DNA of 64,000 nt, from assembly GCA_964016885.1 (NCBI GenBank), contig OZ024740.1:39370001-39434000 (forward strand), given 5' to 3'. A model generated the notes under the pieces. That model was not told the DNA's origin and made no database searches. It saw only the letters and a program-made list of their open reading frames with translations. The position numbers and the translations under genes were made by a program. Shown one piece after another: positions 18,001 through 36,000 of the stretch. Within the stretch, counting starts at the first letter, position 1. The number at the start of each line of letters is the position of its first letter. The DNA is from Eledone cirrhosa. Its lineage: Eukaryota.

Positions 18001-21000
18001 GTTACAATACTACTGTTATATAGTTACAATACTACTGTTATATAGTTACAATACTACTGTCATATAGTTACAATACTACTGTTATATAGTTACAATACTG
18101 CTGTTATATAGTTACAATACTACTGTTATATAGTTACAATACTACTGTTATATAGTTACAATACTACTGTTATATAGTTACAATACTACTGTTATATAGT
18201 TACAATACTACTGTTATATAGTTACAATACTACTGTTATATATAGTTACAATACTACTGTTATATATTTACAATACTACACTATATAGTTACAATACTAC
18301 TGTTATATAGTTACAATACTACTGTTATATAGTTACAATACTACTCTTATATAGTTACAATACTACTGTTATTTAGTTACAATACTACACTATATAGTTA
18401 CAATACTACTGTTATATATTTACAATACTACACTATATAGTTACAATACTACTGTTATATAGTTACAATACTACTGTTGTATAGTTACAATGCTACACAA
18501 TATAGTTACAATGCTACACAATATAGTTACAATACTACTTTTATATAGTTACAATACTACTGTTATATAGTTACAATACTACTGTTATATAGTTACAATA
18601 CTACACTATATAGTTACAATACTACTGTTATATAGTTACAGTACTACTGTTATATAGTTACAATACTACTGTTATATTGTTACAATACTACTGTTATATA
18701 GTTACAATACTATTGTTATATAGTTACATTACTACACTATATAGTTACAATACTACTGTTATATAGTTACAATACTACACTATATAGTTACAATACTACT
18801 GTTAGATAGTTACAATACTACTGTTATATAATTACAATACTACACTATATAGTTATAATACTACTGTTATATAGTTACAATACTACACTATATAGTTACA
18901 ATACTACTGTTATATAGTTACAATACTACACTATATAGTTACAATACTACTGTTATAAAGTTACAATACTACTGTTATATAGTTACAATACTACTGTTAT
19001 ATAGTTACAATACTACTGTTATATGGTTACAATACTACACTATATAGTTACAATACTACTGATATATAGTTACAACACTACACTATATAGTTACATTACT
19101 ACTGTTATATAGTTACAATACTACTGTTATATAGTTACAATACTACACTATATAGTTACAATACTACTCTTATATAGTTACAATACTACTGTTATATAGT
19201 TACAATCCTAGACTATATAGTTACAATACTACTGTTATATAGTTACAATACTACTGTTATATAGTTACAATAGTACACTATATAGTTACAATATTACTGT
19301 TATGTAGTTACGATACTACACTATATAGTTACGATACTACTGTTATATATAGTTACAATACTACTGTTATATAGTTACAATACTACTGTTATATAGTTAC
19401 AATACTACACTATATAGTTACAATACTACTGTTATATAGTTACAATACTACACTATATAGTTACAATGCTTCTGTTATATAGTAACAATACTACTGTTAT
19501 ATAGTTACAATCCTACTGTCATATAGTTACAATACTACACTATATAGTTACAATACTACATTATATAGTTACATTACTACTGTTATATAGTTACAATACT
19601 ACTGTTATATAGTTACAATACTACTGTTATATAGTTACAATACTACTGTTATATAGTTACAATACTACTGTTATATAGTTACAATACTACTGTTATATAG
19701 TTACAATACTACTGTTATATATAGTTACAATACTACTGTTATATATTTACAATACTACACTATATAGTTACAATACTACTGTTATATAGTTACAATACTA
19801 CTGTTATATAGTTACAATACTACTCTTATATAGTTACAATACTACTGTTATTTAGTTACAATACTACACTATATAGTTACAATACTACTGTTATATATTT
19901 ACAATACTACACTATATAGTTACAATACTACTGTTATATAGTTACAATACTACTGTTGTATAGTTACAATGCTACACAATATAGTTACAATGCTACACAA
20001 TATAGTTACAATACTACTTTTATATAGTTACAATACTACTGTTATATAGTTACAATACTACTGTTATATAGTTACAATACTACACTATATAGTTACAATA
20101 CTACTGTTATATAGTTACAGTACTACTGTTATATAGTTACAATACTACTGTTATATTGTTACAATACTACTGTTATATAGTTACAATACTATTGTTATAT
20201 AGTTACATTACTACACTATATAGTTACAATACTACTGTTATATAGTTACAATACTACACTATATAGTTACAATACTACTGTTAGATAGTTACAATACTAC
20301 TGTTATATAATTACAATACTACACTATATAGTTATAATACTACTGTTATATAGTTACAATACTACACTATATAGTTACAATACTACTGTTATATAGTTAC
20401 AATACTACACTATATATTTACAATACTACTGTTATAAAGTTACAATACTACTGTTATATAGTTACAATACTACTGTTATATAGTTACTATACTACTGTTA
20501 TATAGTTACAATACTACACTATATAGTTACAATACTACTGCTATATAGTTACAATACTACTGTTATATAGTTACAATACTACTGTTATATATAGTTACAA
20601 TACTACTGTTATATAGTTACAATACTACACTATATAGTTACAATACTACTGTTATATAGTTACAATATTAATCTTATCTAGTTACTATACTACTGTTATA
20701 TAGTCACAATATCACTGTTATATATAGTTACAATGCTACACTATATAGTTACAATACTACTGCTATATAGTTACAATACTACTGTTATATAGTTACAATG
20801 CTACACTATATAGTTACAATACTACTGTTATATAGTTATAATACTACTGTCATATAGTTACAATACTACACTATATAGTTACATTACTACTGTTATATAG
20901 TTATAATACTACTGTTATATAGTTACAATACTACACTATATAGTTACAATACTACTGTTATATAGTTACAATACTACTGTTATATAGTTACAATACTACT

Positions 21001-24000
21001 GTTATATAGTTACAATACTACTGTTATATAGTTACCATACTACTGTTATATATAGTTACAATACTACTGTTATAAAGTTACAATACTACTGTTATATAGT
21101 TACATTACTACTGTTATATAGTTACAATACTACAGTTATACAGTTACAATACTACACTATATAGTTACAATACTACTGTTATATAGTTACAATACTACTG
21201 TTATATAGTTACAATACTACTGTTATATAGTTACAATACCACTGTTAAATAGGTACAATACTACTGTTATATAGTTACAATACTACACTATATAGTTACA
21301 ATACTACTGTTATATAGTTACGATACTACTGTATATAGTTGAATTACTACACTATATAGTTACAATACTACTGTTATATAGTTACAATACTACTGTTATA
21401 TATTAACAATACTACTGTTATATATAGTTACAATACTACTGTTATATAGATACAATACTACTGTTATATAGTTACAATACTACACCATATAGTTACAATA
21501 CTGCTGTTATATAGTTACAATACTATACTATATAGTTATAATACTACTGTTATATAGTTACAATACTACACTATATAGTTACAATACTACTGTTATATAG
21601 TTACAATACTAGTGTTATATATAGTTACAATACTACTGTTATATAGTTACAATACTACACTATATAGTTACAATATTACTCTTATATAGTTACAATACTA
21701 CTGTTATATAATTACAATACTACTGTTATATAGTTACGATACTACACTATATATTTACAATATTACTCTTATATAGTTACTATACTACCGTTATATAGTT
21801 ACAATATTACTGTTATATATAGTTACAATGCTACACTATATACTTACAATACTACACTATATAGTTACAATACTACTGTTATATAGTTACAATGCTACAC
21901 TATATAGTTACAATACTACTGTTATATAGTTATAATACTACTGTCAAATAGTTACAATACTACACTATATAGTTACATGACTACTGTTATATAGTTACAA
22001 TACTACTGTTATATAGTTACAATACTACACTATATAGTTACAATACTACTGATATATAGTTACAATACTACACTATATAGTTACATTACTACTGTTATAT
22101 AGTTACAATACTACTGTTATATAGTTACAATACTACACTATATAGTTACAATACTACTCTTATATAGTTACAATACTACTGTTATATAGTTACAATACTA
22201 GACTATATAGTAACAATACTACTGTTATATGGTTACAATACTACTGTTATATAGTTACAATAGTACACTATATAGTTACAATACTACTGTTATGTAGTTA
22301 CGATACTACACTATATAGTTACGATACTACTGTTATATATAGTTACAATACTACTGTTATATAGTTACAATACAACTGTTATATAGTTACAATACTACAC
22401 TATATAGTTACAATACTACTGTTATATAGTTACAATACTACACTATATAGTTACAATGCTTCTGTTATATAGTAACAATACTACTGTTATATAGTTACAA
22501 TCCTACTGTTATATAGTTACAATACTACTGTTATATATTGTTACAATACTACTGTTATATAGTTACAATACTACTGTTATATAGTTACAATACTACTGTT
22601 ATATAGTTACAATACTACTGTTATATAGTTACAATACTACACTATATAGTTACATTACTACATTATATAGTTACATTACTACTGTTATATAGTTACAATA
22701 CTACTGTTATATAGTTACAATACTACTGATATATAGTCACGATACTACTGTTATATAGTTACAATACTACTGTTATATAGTTACAATACTACTGTTATAT
22801 AGTTACAATACTACACTATATAGTTATGATACTACTGTTATATAGTTGCAATACTACACTATATAATTACAATACTACTGTTATATATTTACAATACTAC
22901 CGTTATATAGTGACAATACTACTGTTATATAGTAACAATTCTACACTATATAGTTACAATACTACTGTTATATAGTTACAATACTACTGTTATATAGTTA
23001 CAATACTACCGTTATAGAGTTACAATACTACTGTTATATAGTTACAATACTACAGTATATAGTTACAATACTACCGTTATATAGTTACCATACTACTGTT
23101 ATATAGTTACCATACTACTGTTATATAGTTAAAATACTACACTATATAGTTACAATACTACTGTTATATAGTTACAATACTACTGTTATATAGTTACAAT
23201 ACTACTGTTATATAGTTACACTGCTACTGTTATATATTTACAATACTACTGTTATATAGTTACAATACTACTGTTATATAGTTACAATACTACTGTTATA
23301 TAGTTACAATACTACACTATATAGTTACAATACTACTGTTATATAGTTACCATAGTACTGTTGTATAGTTACAATACTACACTATATAGTTACAATACTA
23401 CTGTTATATAGTTACAATGCTACTGTTATATAGTTACAATACTACACTATATAGTTACAATACTACTGTTATATAGTTACCATACTACTGTTGTATAGTT
23501 ACAATGCTACACTATATAGTTACAATACTACTGTTATATAGTTACAATACTACTGTTATATAGTTACAATACTACTGTTATATAGTTACAATACTACTGT
23601 TATATAGTGACAATACTACTGTTATATAGTTACAAAACTACTGTTATGTATAGTTACAATACTACACTATATAGTTACAATACTACTGTTATATAGTTAC
23701 AATACTACGGTTATATAGTTACAATGCTACTGTTATATAGTTACAATACCACTGTTAAATAGGCACAATATTACTGTTATATAGTTACAATACTACACTA
23801 TATAGTTACAATACTACTGTTATATAGTTACAATACTAGTGTTATATATAGTTACAATACTACTGTTATATAGTTACAATACTACTATTATATAGTTACA
23901 ATACTACACTATATAGTTACAATACTACTGTTATATATTTACAATACTACACTATATAGTTACAATACTACTGTTATATAGTTACAATACTACTGTTGTA

Positions 24001-27000
24001 TAGTTACAATGCTACACAATATAGTTACAATGCTACACAATATAGTTACAATACTACTTTTATATAGTTACAATACTACTGTTATATAGTTACAATACTA
24101 CTGTTATATAGTTACAATACTACACTATATAGTTACAATACTACTGTTATATAGTTACAGTACTACTGTTATATAGTTACAATACTACTGTTATATTGTT
24201 ACAATACTACTGTTATATAGTTACAATACTATTGTTATATAGTTACATTACTACACTATATAGTTACAATACTACTGTTATATAGTTACAATACTACACT
24301 ATATAGTTACAATACTACTGTTATATAGTTACAATACTACACTATATATTTACAATACTACTGTTATAAAGTTACAATACTACTGTTATATAGTTACAAT
24401 ACTACTGTTATATAGTTACTATACTACTGTTATATAGTTACAATACTACACTATATAGTTACAATACTACTGCTATATAGTTACAATACTACTGTTATAT
24501 AGTTACAATACTACTGTTATATATAGTTACAATACTACTGTTATATAGTTACAATACTACACTATATAGTTACAATACTACTGTTATATAGTTACAATAT
24601 TAATCTTATCTAGTTACTATACTACTGTTATATAGTCACAATATCACTGTTATATATAGTTACAATGCTACACTATATAGTTACAATACTACTGCTATAT
24701 AGTTACAATACTACTGTTATATAGTTACAATGCTACACTATATAGTTACAATACTACTGTTATATAGTTATAATACTACTGTCATATAGTTACAATACTA
24801 CACTATATAGTTACATTACTACTGTTATATAGTTATAATACTACTGTTATATAGTTACAATACTACACTATATAGTTACAATACTACTGTTATATAGTTA
24901 CAATACTACTGTTATATAGTTACAATACTACTGTTATATAGTTACAATACTACTGTTATATAGTTACCATACTACTGTTATATATAGTTACAATACTACT
25001 GTTATAAAGTTACAATACTACTGTTATATAGTTACATTACTACTGTTATATAGTTACAATACTACAGTTATACAGTTACAATACTACACTATATAGTTAC
25101 AATACTACTGTTATATAGTTACAATACTACTGTTATATAGTTACAATACTACTGTTATATAGTTACAATACCACTGTTAAATAGGTACAATACTACTGTT
25201 ATATAGTTACAATACTACACTATATAGTTACAATACTACTGTTATATAGTTACGATACTACTGTATATAGTTGAATTACTACACTATATAGTTACAATAC
25301 TACTGTTATATAGTTACAATACTACTGTTATATATTAACAATACTACTGTTATATATAGTTACAATACTACTGTTATATAGATACAATACTACTGTTATA
25401 TAGTTACAATACTACACCATATAGTTACAATACTGCTGTTATATAGTTACAATACTATACTATATAGTTATAATACTACTGTTATATAGTTACAATACTA
25501 CACTATATAGTTACAATACTACTGTTATATAGTTACAATACTAGTGTTATATATAGTTACAATACTACTGTTATATAGTTACAATACTACACTATATAGT
25601 TACAATATTACTCTTATATAGTTACAATACTACTGTTATATAATTACAATACTACTGTTATATAGTTACGATACTACACTATATATTTACAATATTACTC
25701 TTATATAGTTACTATACTACCGTTATATAGTTACAATATTACTGTTATATATAGTTACAATGCTACACTATATACTTACAATACTACACTATATAGTTAC
25801 AATACTACTGTTATATAGTTACAATGCTACACTATATAGTTACAATACTACTGTTATATAGTTATAATACTACTGTCAAATAGTTACAATACTACACTAT
25901 ATAGTTACATGACTACTGTTATATAGTTACAATACTACTGTTATATAGTTACAATACTACACTATATAGTTACAATACTACTGATATATAGTTACAATAC
26001 TACACTATATAGTTACATTACTACTGTTATATAGTTACAATACTACTGTTATATAGTTACAATACTACACTATATAGTTACAATACTACTCTTATATAGT
26101 TACAATACTACTGTTATATAGTTACAATACTAGACTATATAGTAACAATACTACTGTTATATGGTTACAATACTACTGTTATATAGTTACAATAGTACAC
26201 TATATAGTTACAATACTACTGTTATGTAGTTACGATACTACACTATATAGTTACGATACTACTGTTATATATAGTTACAATACTACTGTTATATAGTTAC
26301 AATACAACTGTTATATAGTTACAATACTACACTATATAGTTACAATACTACTGTTATATAGTTACAATACTACACTATATAGTTACAATGCTTCTGTTAT
26401 ATAGTAACAATACTACTGTTATATAGTTACAATCCTACTGTTATATAGTTACAATACTACTGTTATATATTGTTACAATACTACTGTTATATAGTTACAA
26501 TACTACTGTTATATAGTTACAATACTACTGTTATATAGTTACAATACTACTGTTATATAGTTACAATACTACACTATATAGTTACATTACTACATTATAT
26601 AGTTACATTACTACTGTTATATAGTTACAATACTACTGTTATATAGTTACAATACTACTGATATATAGTCACGATACTACTGTTATATAGTTACAATACT
26701 ACTGTTATATAGTTACAATACTACTGTTATATAGTTACAATACTACACTATATAGTTATGATACTACTGTTATATAGTTGCAATACTACACTATATAATT
26801 ACAATACTACTGTTATATATTTACAATACTACCGTTATATAGTGACAATACTACTGTTATATAGTAACAATTCTACACTATATAGTTACAATACTACTGT
26901 TATATAGTTACAATACTACTGTTATATAGTTACAATACTACCGTTATAGAGTTACAATACTACTGTTATATAGTTACAATACTACAGTATATAGTTACAA

Positions 27001-30000
27001 TACTACCGTTATATAGTTACCATACTACTGTTATATAGTTACCATACTACTGTTATATAGTTAAAATACTACACTATATAGTTACAATACTACTGTTATA
27101 TAGTTACAATACTACTGTTATATAGTTACAATACTACTGTTATATAGTTACACTGCTACTGTTATATATTTACAATACTACTGTTATATAGTTACAATAC
27201 TACTGTTATATAGTTACAATACTACTGTTATATAGTTACAATACTACACTATATAGTTACAATACTACTGTTATATAGTTACCATAGTACTGTTGTATAG
27301 TTACAATACTACACTATATAGTTACAATACTACTGTTATATAGTTACAATGCTACTGTTATATAGTTACAATACTACACTATATAGTTACAATACTACTG
27401 TTATATAGTTACCATACTACTGTTGTATAGTTACAATGCTACACTATATAGTTACAATACTACCGTTATATAGTTACCATACTACTGTTGTATAGTTACA
27501 ATGCTACACTATATAGTTACAATACTACTGTTATATAGTTACAATACTACTGTTATATAGTTACAATACTACTGTTATATAGTTACAATACTACTGTTAT
27601 ATAGTGACAATACTACTGTTATATAGTTACAAAACTACTGTTATGTATAGTTACAATACTACACTATATAGTTACAATACTACTGTTATATAGTTACAAT
27701 ACTACGGTTATATAGTTACAATGCTACTGTTATATAGTTACAATACCACTGTTAAATAGGCACAATATTACTGTTATATAGTTACAATACTACACTATAT
27801 AGTTACAATACTACTGTTATATAGTTACAATACTAGTGTTATATATAGTTACAATACTACTGTTATATAGTTACAATACTACTATTATATAGTTACAATA
27901 CTACTGTTATATAGTTACAATACTACTGTTATATAGTTACATTACTACACTATATAGTTACAATACTACTGTTATATTGTTACAATACTACTGTTATATA
28001 GTTACAATACTACTGTTATATAGTTACAATACTACTGTTATATAGTTACAATACTACTGTTATATAGTTACAATACTACAGTTATACAGTTACAATACTA
28101 CACTATATAGTTACAATACTACTGTTATATAGTTACAATGCTACTGTTATATAGTTACAATACTACTGTTATATAGTTACAATACTACTGTTATATAGTT
28201 ACAATACTACTGTTATATATAGTTACAATACTACTCTTATAAAGTTACAATACTACTGTTACATAGTTACAATACTACTGTTATATAGTTACAATACTAC
28301 AGTTATATAGTTACGATACTACTGTATATAGTTGAATTACTACACTATATAGTTACAATACTACTGTTATATAGTTACAATACTACTGTTATATATTAAC
28401 AATACTACTGTTATATATAGTTACAATACTACTGTTATATAGATACAATACTACTGTTATATAGTTACAATACTACACCATATAGTTACAATACTGCTGT
28501 TATATAGTTACAATACTATACTATATAGTTATAATACTACTGTTATATAGTTACAATACTACACTATATAGTTACAATACTACTGTTATATAGTTACAAT
28601 ACTAGTGTTATATATAGTTACAATACTACTGTTATATAGTTACAATACTACACTATATAGTTACAATACTACTGTTAGATAGTTACAATACTACTGTTAT
28701 ATAATTACAATACTACACTATATAGTTATAATACTACTGTTATATAGTTACAATACTACACTATATAGTTACAATACTACTGTTATATAGTTACAATACT
28801 ACACTATATATTTACAATACTACTGTTATAAAGTTACAATACTACTGTTATATAGTTACAATACTACTGTTATATAGTTACTATACTACTGTTATATAGT
28901 TACAATACTACACTATATAGTTACAATACTACTGCTATATAGTTACAATACTACTGTTATATAGTTACAATACTACTGTTATATATAGTTACAATACTAC
29001 TGTTATATAGTTACAATACTACACTATATAGTTACAATACTACTGTTATATAGTTACAATATTAATCTTATCTAGTTACTATACTACTGTTATATAGTCA
29101 CAATATCACTGTTATATATAGTTACAATGCTACACTATATAGTTACAATACTACTGCTATATAGTTACAATACTACTGTTATATAGTTACAATGCTACAC
29201 TATATAGTTACAATACTACTGTTATATAGTTATAATACTACTGTCATATAGTTACAATACTACACTATATAGTTACATTACTACTGTTATATAGTTATAA
29301 TACTACTGTTATATAGTTACAATACTACACTATATAGTTACAATACTACTGTTATATAGTTACAATACTACTGTTATATAGTTACAATACTACTGTTATA
29401 TAGTTACAATACTACTGTTATATAGTTACCATACTACTGTTATATATAGTTACAATACTACTGTTATAAAGTTACAATACTACTGTTATATAGTTACATT
29501 ACTACTGTTATATAGTTACAATACTACAGTTATACAGTTACAATACTACACTATATAGTTACAATACTACTGTTATATAGTTACAATACTACTGTTATAT
29601 AGTTACAATACTACTGTTATATAGTTACAATACCACTGTTAAATAGGTACAATACTACTGTTATATAGTTACAATACTACACTATATAGTTACAATACTA
29701 CTGTTATATAGTTACGATACTACTGTATATAGTTGAATTACTACACTATATAGTTACAATACTACTGTTATATAGTTACAATACTACTGTTATATATTAA
29801 CAATACTACTGTTATATATAGTTACAATACTACTGTTATATAGATACAATACTACTGTTATATAGTTACAATACTACACCATATAGTTACAATACTGCTG
29901 TTATATAGTTACAATACTATACTATATAGTTATAATACTACTGTTATATAGTTACAATACTACACTATATAGTTACAATACTACTGTTATATAGTTACAA

Positions 30001-33000
30001 TACTAGTGTTATATATAGTTACAATACTACTGTTATATAGTTACAATACTACACTATATAGTTACAATATTACTCTTATATAGTTACAATACTACTGTTA
30101 TATAATTACAATACTACTGTTATATAGTTACGATACTACACTATATATTTACAATATTACTCTTATATAGTTACTATACTACCGTTATATAGTTACAATA
30201 TTACTGTTATATATAGTTACAATGCTACACTATATACTTACAATACTACACTATATAGTTACAATACTACTGTTATATAGTTACAATGCTACACTATATA
30301 GTTACAATACTACTGTTATATAGTTATAATACTACTGTCAAATAGTTACAATACTACACTATATAGTTACATGACTACTGTTATATAGTTACAATACTAC
30401 TGTTATATAGTTACAATACTACACTATATAGTTACAATACTACTGATATATAGTTACAATACTACACTATATAGTTACATTACTACTGTTATATAGTTAC
30501 AATACTACTGTTATATAGTTACAATACTACACTATATAGTTACAATACTACTCTTATATAGTTACAATACTACTGTTATATAGTTACAATACTAGACTAT
30601 ATAGTAACAATACTACTGTTATATGGTTACAATACTACTGTTATATAGTTACAATAGTACACTATATAGTTACAATACTACTGTTATGTAGTTACGATAC
30701 TACACTATATAGTTACGATACTACTGTTATATATAGTTACAATACTACTGTTATATAGTTACAATACAACTGTTATATAGTTACAATACTACACTATATA
30801 GTTACAATACTACTGTTATATAGTTACAATACTACACTATATAGTTACAATGCTTCTGTTATATAGTAACAATACTACTGTTATATAGTTACAATCCTAC
30901 TGTTATATAGTTACAATACTACTGTTATATATTGTTACAATACTACTGTTATATAGTTACAATACTACTGTTATATAGTTACAATACTACTGTTATATAG
31001 TTACAATACTACTGTTATATAGTTACAATACTACACTATATAGTTACATTACTACATTATATAGTTACATTACTACTGTTATATAGTTACAATACTACTG
31101 TTATATAGTTACAATACTACTGATATATAGTCACGATACTACTGTTATATAGTTACAATACTACTGTTATATAGTTACAATACTACTGTTATATAGTTAC
31201 AATACTACACTATATAGTTATGATACTACTGTTATATAGTTGCAATACTACACTATATAATTACAATACTACTGTTATATATTTACAATACTACCGTTAT
31301 ATAGTGACAATACTACTGTTATATAGTAACAATTCTACACTATATAGTTACAATACTACTGTTATATAGTTACAATACTACTGTTATATAGTTACAATAC
31401 TACCGTTATAGAGTTACAATACTACTGTTATATAGTTACAATACTACAGTATATAGTTACAATACTACCGTTATATAGTTACCATACTACTGTTATATAG
31501 TTACCATACTACTGTTATATAGTTAAAATACTACACTATATAGTTACAATACTACTGTTATATAGTTACAATACTACTGTTATATAGTTACAATACTACT
31601 GTTATATAGTTACACTGCTACTGTTATATATTTACAATACTACTGTTATATAGTTACAATACTACTGTTATATAGTTACAATACTACTGTTATATAGTTA
31701 CAATACTACACTATATAGTTACAATACTACTGTTATATAGTTACCATAGTACTGTTGTATAGTTACAATACTACACTATATAGTTACAATACTACTGTTA
31801 TATAGTTACAATGCTACTGTTATATAGTTACAATACTACACTATATAGTTACAATACTACTGTTATATAGTTACCATACTACTGTTGTATAGTTACAATG
31901 CTACACTATATAGTTACAATACTACTGTTATATAGTTACAATACTACTGTTATATAGTTACAATACTACTGTTATATAGTTACAATACTACTGTTATATA
32001 GTGACAATACTACTGTTATATAGTTACAAAACTACTGTTATGTATAGTTACAATACTACACTATATAGTTACAATACTACTGTTATATAGTTACAATACT
32101 ACGGTTATATAGTTACAATGCTACTGTTATATAGTTACAATACCACTGTTAAATAGGCACAATATTACTGTTATATAGTTACAATACTACACTATATAGT
32201 TACAATACTACTGTTATATAGTTACAATACTAGTGTTATATATAGTTACAATACTACTGTTATATAGTTACAATACTACTATTATATAGTTACAATACTA
32301 CACTATATAGTTACAATACTACTGTTATATATTTACAATACTACACTATATAGTTACAATACTACTGTTATATAGTTACAATACTACTGTTGTATAGTTA
32401 CAATGCTACACAATATAGTTACAATGCTACACAATATAGTTACAATACTACTTTTATATAGTTACAATACTACTGTTATATAGTTACAATACTACTGTTA
32501 TATAGTTACAATACTACACTATATAGTTACAATACTACTGTTATATAGTTACAGTACTACTGTTATATAGTTACAATACTACTGTTATATTGTTACAATA
32601 CTACTGTTATATAGTTACAATACTATTGTTATATAGTTACATTACTACACTATATAGTTACAATACTACTGTTATATAGTTACAATACTACACTATATAG
32701 TTACAATACTACTGTTAGATAGTTACAATACTACTGTTATATAATTACAATACTACACTATATAGTTATAATACTACTGTTATATAGTTACAATACTACA
32801 CTATATAGTTACAATACTACTGTTATATAGTTACAATACTACACTATATATTTACAATACTACTGTTATAAAGTTACAATACTACTGTTATATAGTTACA
32901 ATACTACTGTTATATAGTTACTATACTACTGTTATATAGTTACAATACTACATTATATAGTTACAATACTACTGCTATATAGTTACAATACTACTGTTAT

Positions 33001-36000
33001 ATAGTTACAATACTACTGTTATATATAGTTACAATACTACTGTTATATAGTTACAATACTACACTATATAGTTACAATACTACTGTTATATAGTTACAAT
33101 ATTAATCTTATCTAGTTACTATACTACTGTTATATAGTCACAATATCACTGTTATATATAGTTACAATGCTACACTATATAGTTACAATACTACTGCTAT
33201 ATAGTTACAATACTACTGTTATATAGTTACAATGCTACACTATATAGTTACAATACTAGTGTTATATAGTTATAATACTACTGTCATATAGTTACAATAC
33301 TACACTATATAGTTACATTACTACTGTTATATAGTTATAATACTACTGTTATATAGTTACAATACTACACTATATAGTTACAATACTACTGTTATATAGT
33401 TACAATACTACTGTTATATAGTTACAATACTACTGTTATATAGTTACAATACTACTGTTATATAGTTACCATACTACTGTTATATATAGTTACAATACTA
33501 CTGTTATAAAGTTACAATACTACTGTTATATAGTTACATTACTACTGTTATATAGTTACAATACTACAGTTATACAGTTACAATACTACACTATATAGTT
33601 ACAATACTACTGTTATATAGTTACAATACTACTGTTATATAGTTACAATACTACTGTTATATAGTTACAATACCACTGTTAAATAGGTACAATACTACTG
33701 TTATATAGTTACAATACTACACTATATAGTTACAATACTACTGTTATATAGTTACGATACTACTGTATATAGTTGAATTACTACACTATATAGTTACAAT
33801 ACTACTGTTATATAGTTACAATACTACTGTTATATATTAACAATACTACTGTTATATATAGTTACAATACTACTGTTATATAGATACAATACTACTGTTA
33901 TATAGTTACAATACTACACCATATAGTTACAATACTGCTGTTATATAGTTACAATACTATACTATATAGTTATAATACTACTGTTATATAGTTACAATAC
34001 TACACTATATAGTTACAATACTACTGTTATATAGTTACAATACTAGTGTTATATATAGTTACAATACTACTGTTATATAGTTACAATACTACACTATATA
34101 GTTACAATATTACTCTTATATAGTTACAATACTACTGTTATATAATTACAATACTACTGTTATATAGTTACGATACTACACTATATATTTACAATATTAC
34201 TCTTATATAGTTACTATACTACCGTTATATAGTTACAATATTACTGTTATATATAGTTACAATGCTACACTATATACTTACAATACTACACTATATAGTT
34301 ACAATACTACTGTTATATAGTTACAATGCTACACTATATAGTTACAATACTACTGTTATATAGTTATAATACTACTGTCAAATAGTTACAATACTACACT
34401 ATATAGTTACATGACTACTGTTATATAGTTACAATACTACTGTTATATAGTTACAATACTACACTATATAGTTACAATACTACTGATATATAGTTACAAT
34501 ACTACACTATATAGTTACATTACTACTGTTATATAGTTACAATACTACTGTTATATAGTTACAATACTACACTATATAGTTACAATACTACTCTTATATA
34601 GTTACAATACTACTGTTATATAGTTACAATACTAGACTATATAGTAACAATACTACTGTTATATGGTTACAATACTACTGTTATATAGTTACAATAGTAC
34701 ACTATATAGTTACAATACTACTGTTATGTAGTTACGATACTACACTATATAGTTACAATACTACTGTTATATATAGTTACAATACTACTGTTATATAGTT
34801 ACAATACAACTGTTATATAGTTACAATACTACACTATATAGTTACAATACTACTGTTATATAGTTACAATACTACACTATATAGTTACAATGCTTCTGTT
34901 ATATAGTAACAATACTACTGTTATATAGTTACAATCCTACTGTTATATAGTTACAATACTACTGTTATATATTGTTACAATACTACTGTTATATAGTTAC
35001 AATACTACTGTTATATAGTTACAATACTACTGTTATATAGTTACAATACTACTGTTATATAGTTACAATACTACACTATATAGTTACATTACTACATTAT
35101 ATAGTTACATTACTACTGTTATATAGTTACAATACTACTGTTATATAGTTACAATACTACTGATATATAGTCACGATACTACTGTTATATAGTTACAATA
35201 CTACTGTTATATAGTTACAATACTACTGTTATATAGTTACAATACTACACTATATAGTTATGATACTACTGTTATATAGTTGCAATACTACACTATATAA
35301 TTACAATACTACTGTTATATATTTACAATACTACCGTTATATAGTGACAATACTACTGTTATATAGTAACAATTCTACACTATATAGTTACAATACTACT
35401 GTTATATAGTTACAATACTACTGTTATATAGTTACAATACTACCGTTATAGAGTTACAATACTACTGTTATATAGTTACAATACTACAGTATATAGTTAC
35501 AATACTACCGTTATATAGTTACCATACTACTGTTATATAGTTACCATACTACTGTTATATAGTTAAAATACTACACTATATAGTTACAATACTACTGTTA
35601 TATAGTTACAATACTACTGTTATATAGTTACAATACTACTGTTATATAGTTACACTGCTACTGTTATATATTTACAATACTACTGTTATATAGTTACAAT
35701 ACTACTGTTATATAGTTACAATACTACTGTTATATAGTTACAATACTACACTATATAGTTACAATACTACTGTTATATAGTTACCATAGTACTGTTGTAT
35801 AGTTACAATACTACACTATATAGTTACAATACTACTGTTATATAGTTACAATGCTACTGTTATATAGTTACAATACTACACTATATAGTTACAATACTAC
35901 TGTTATATAGTTACCATACTACTGTTGTATAGTTACAATGCTACACTATATAGTTACAATACTACCGTTATATAGTTACCATACTACTGTTGTATAGTTA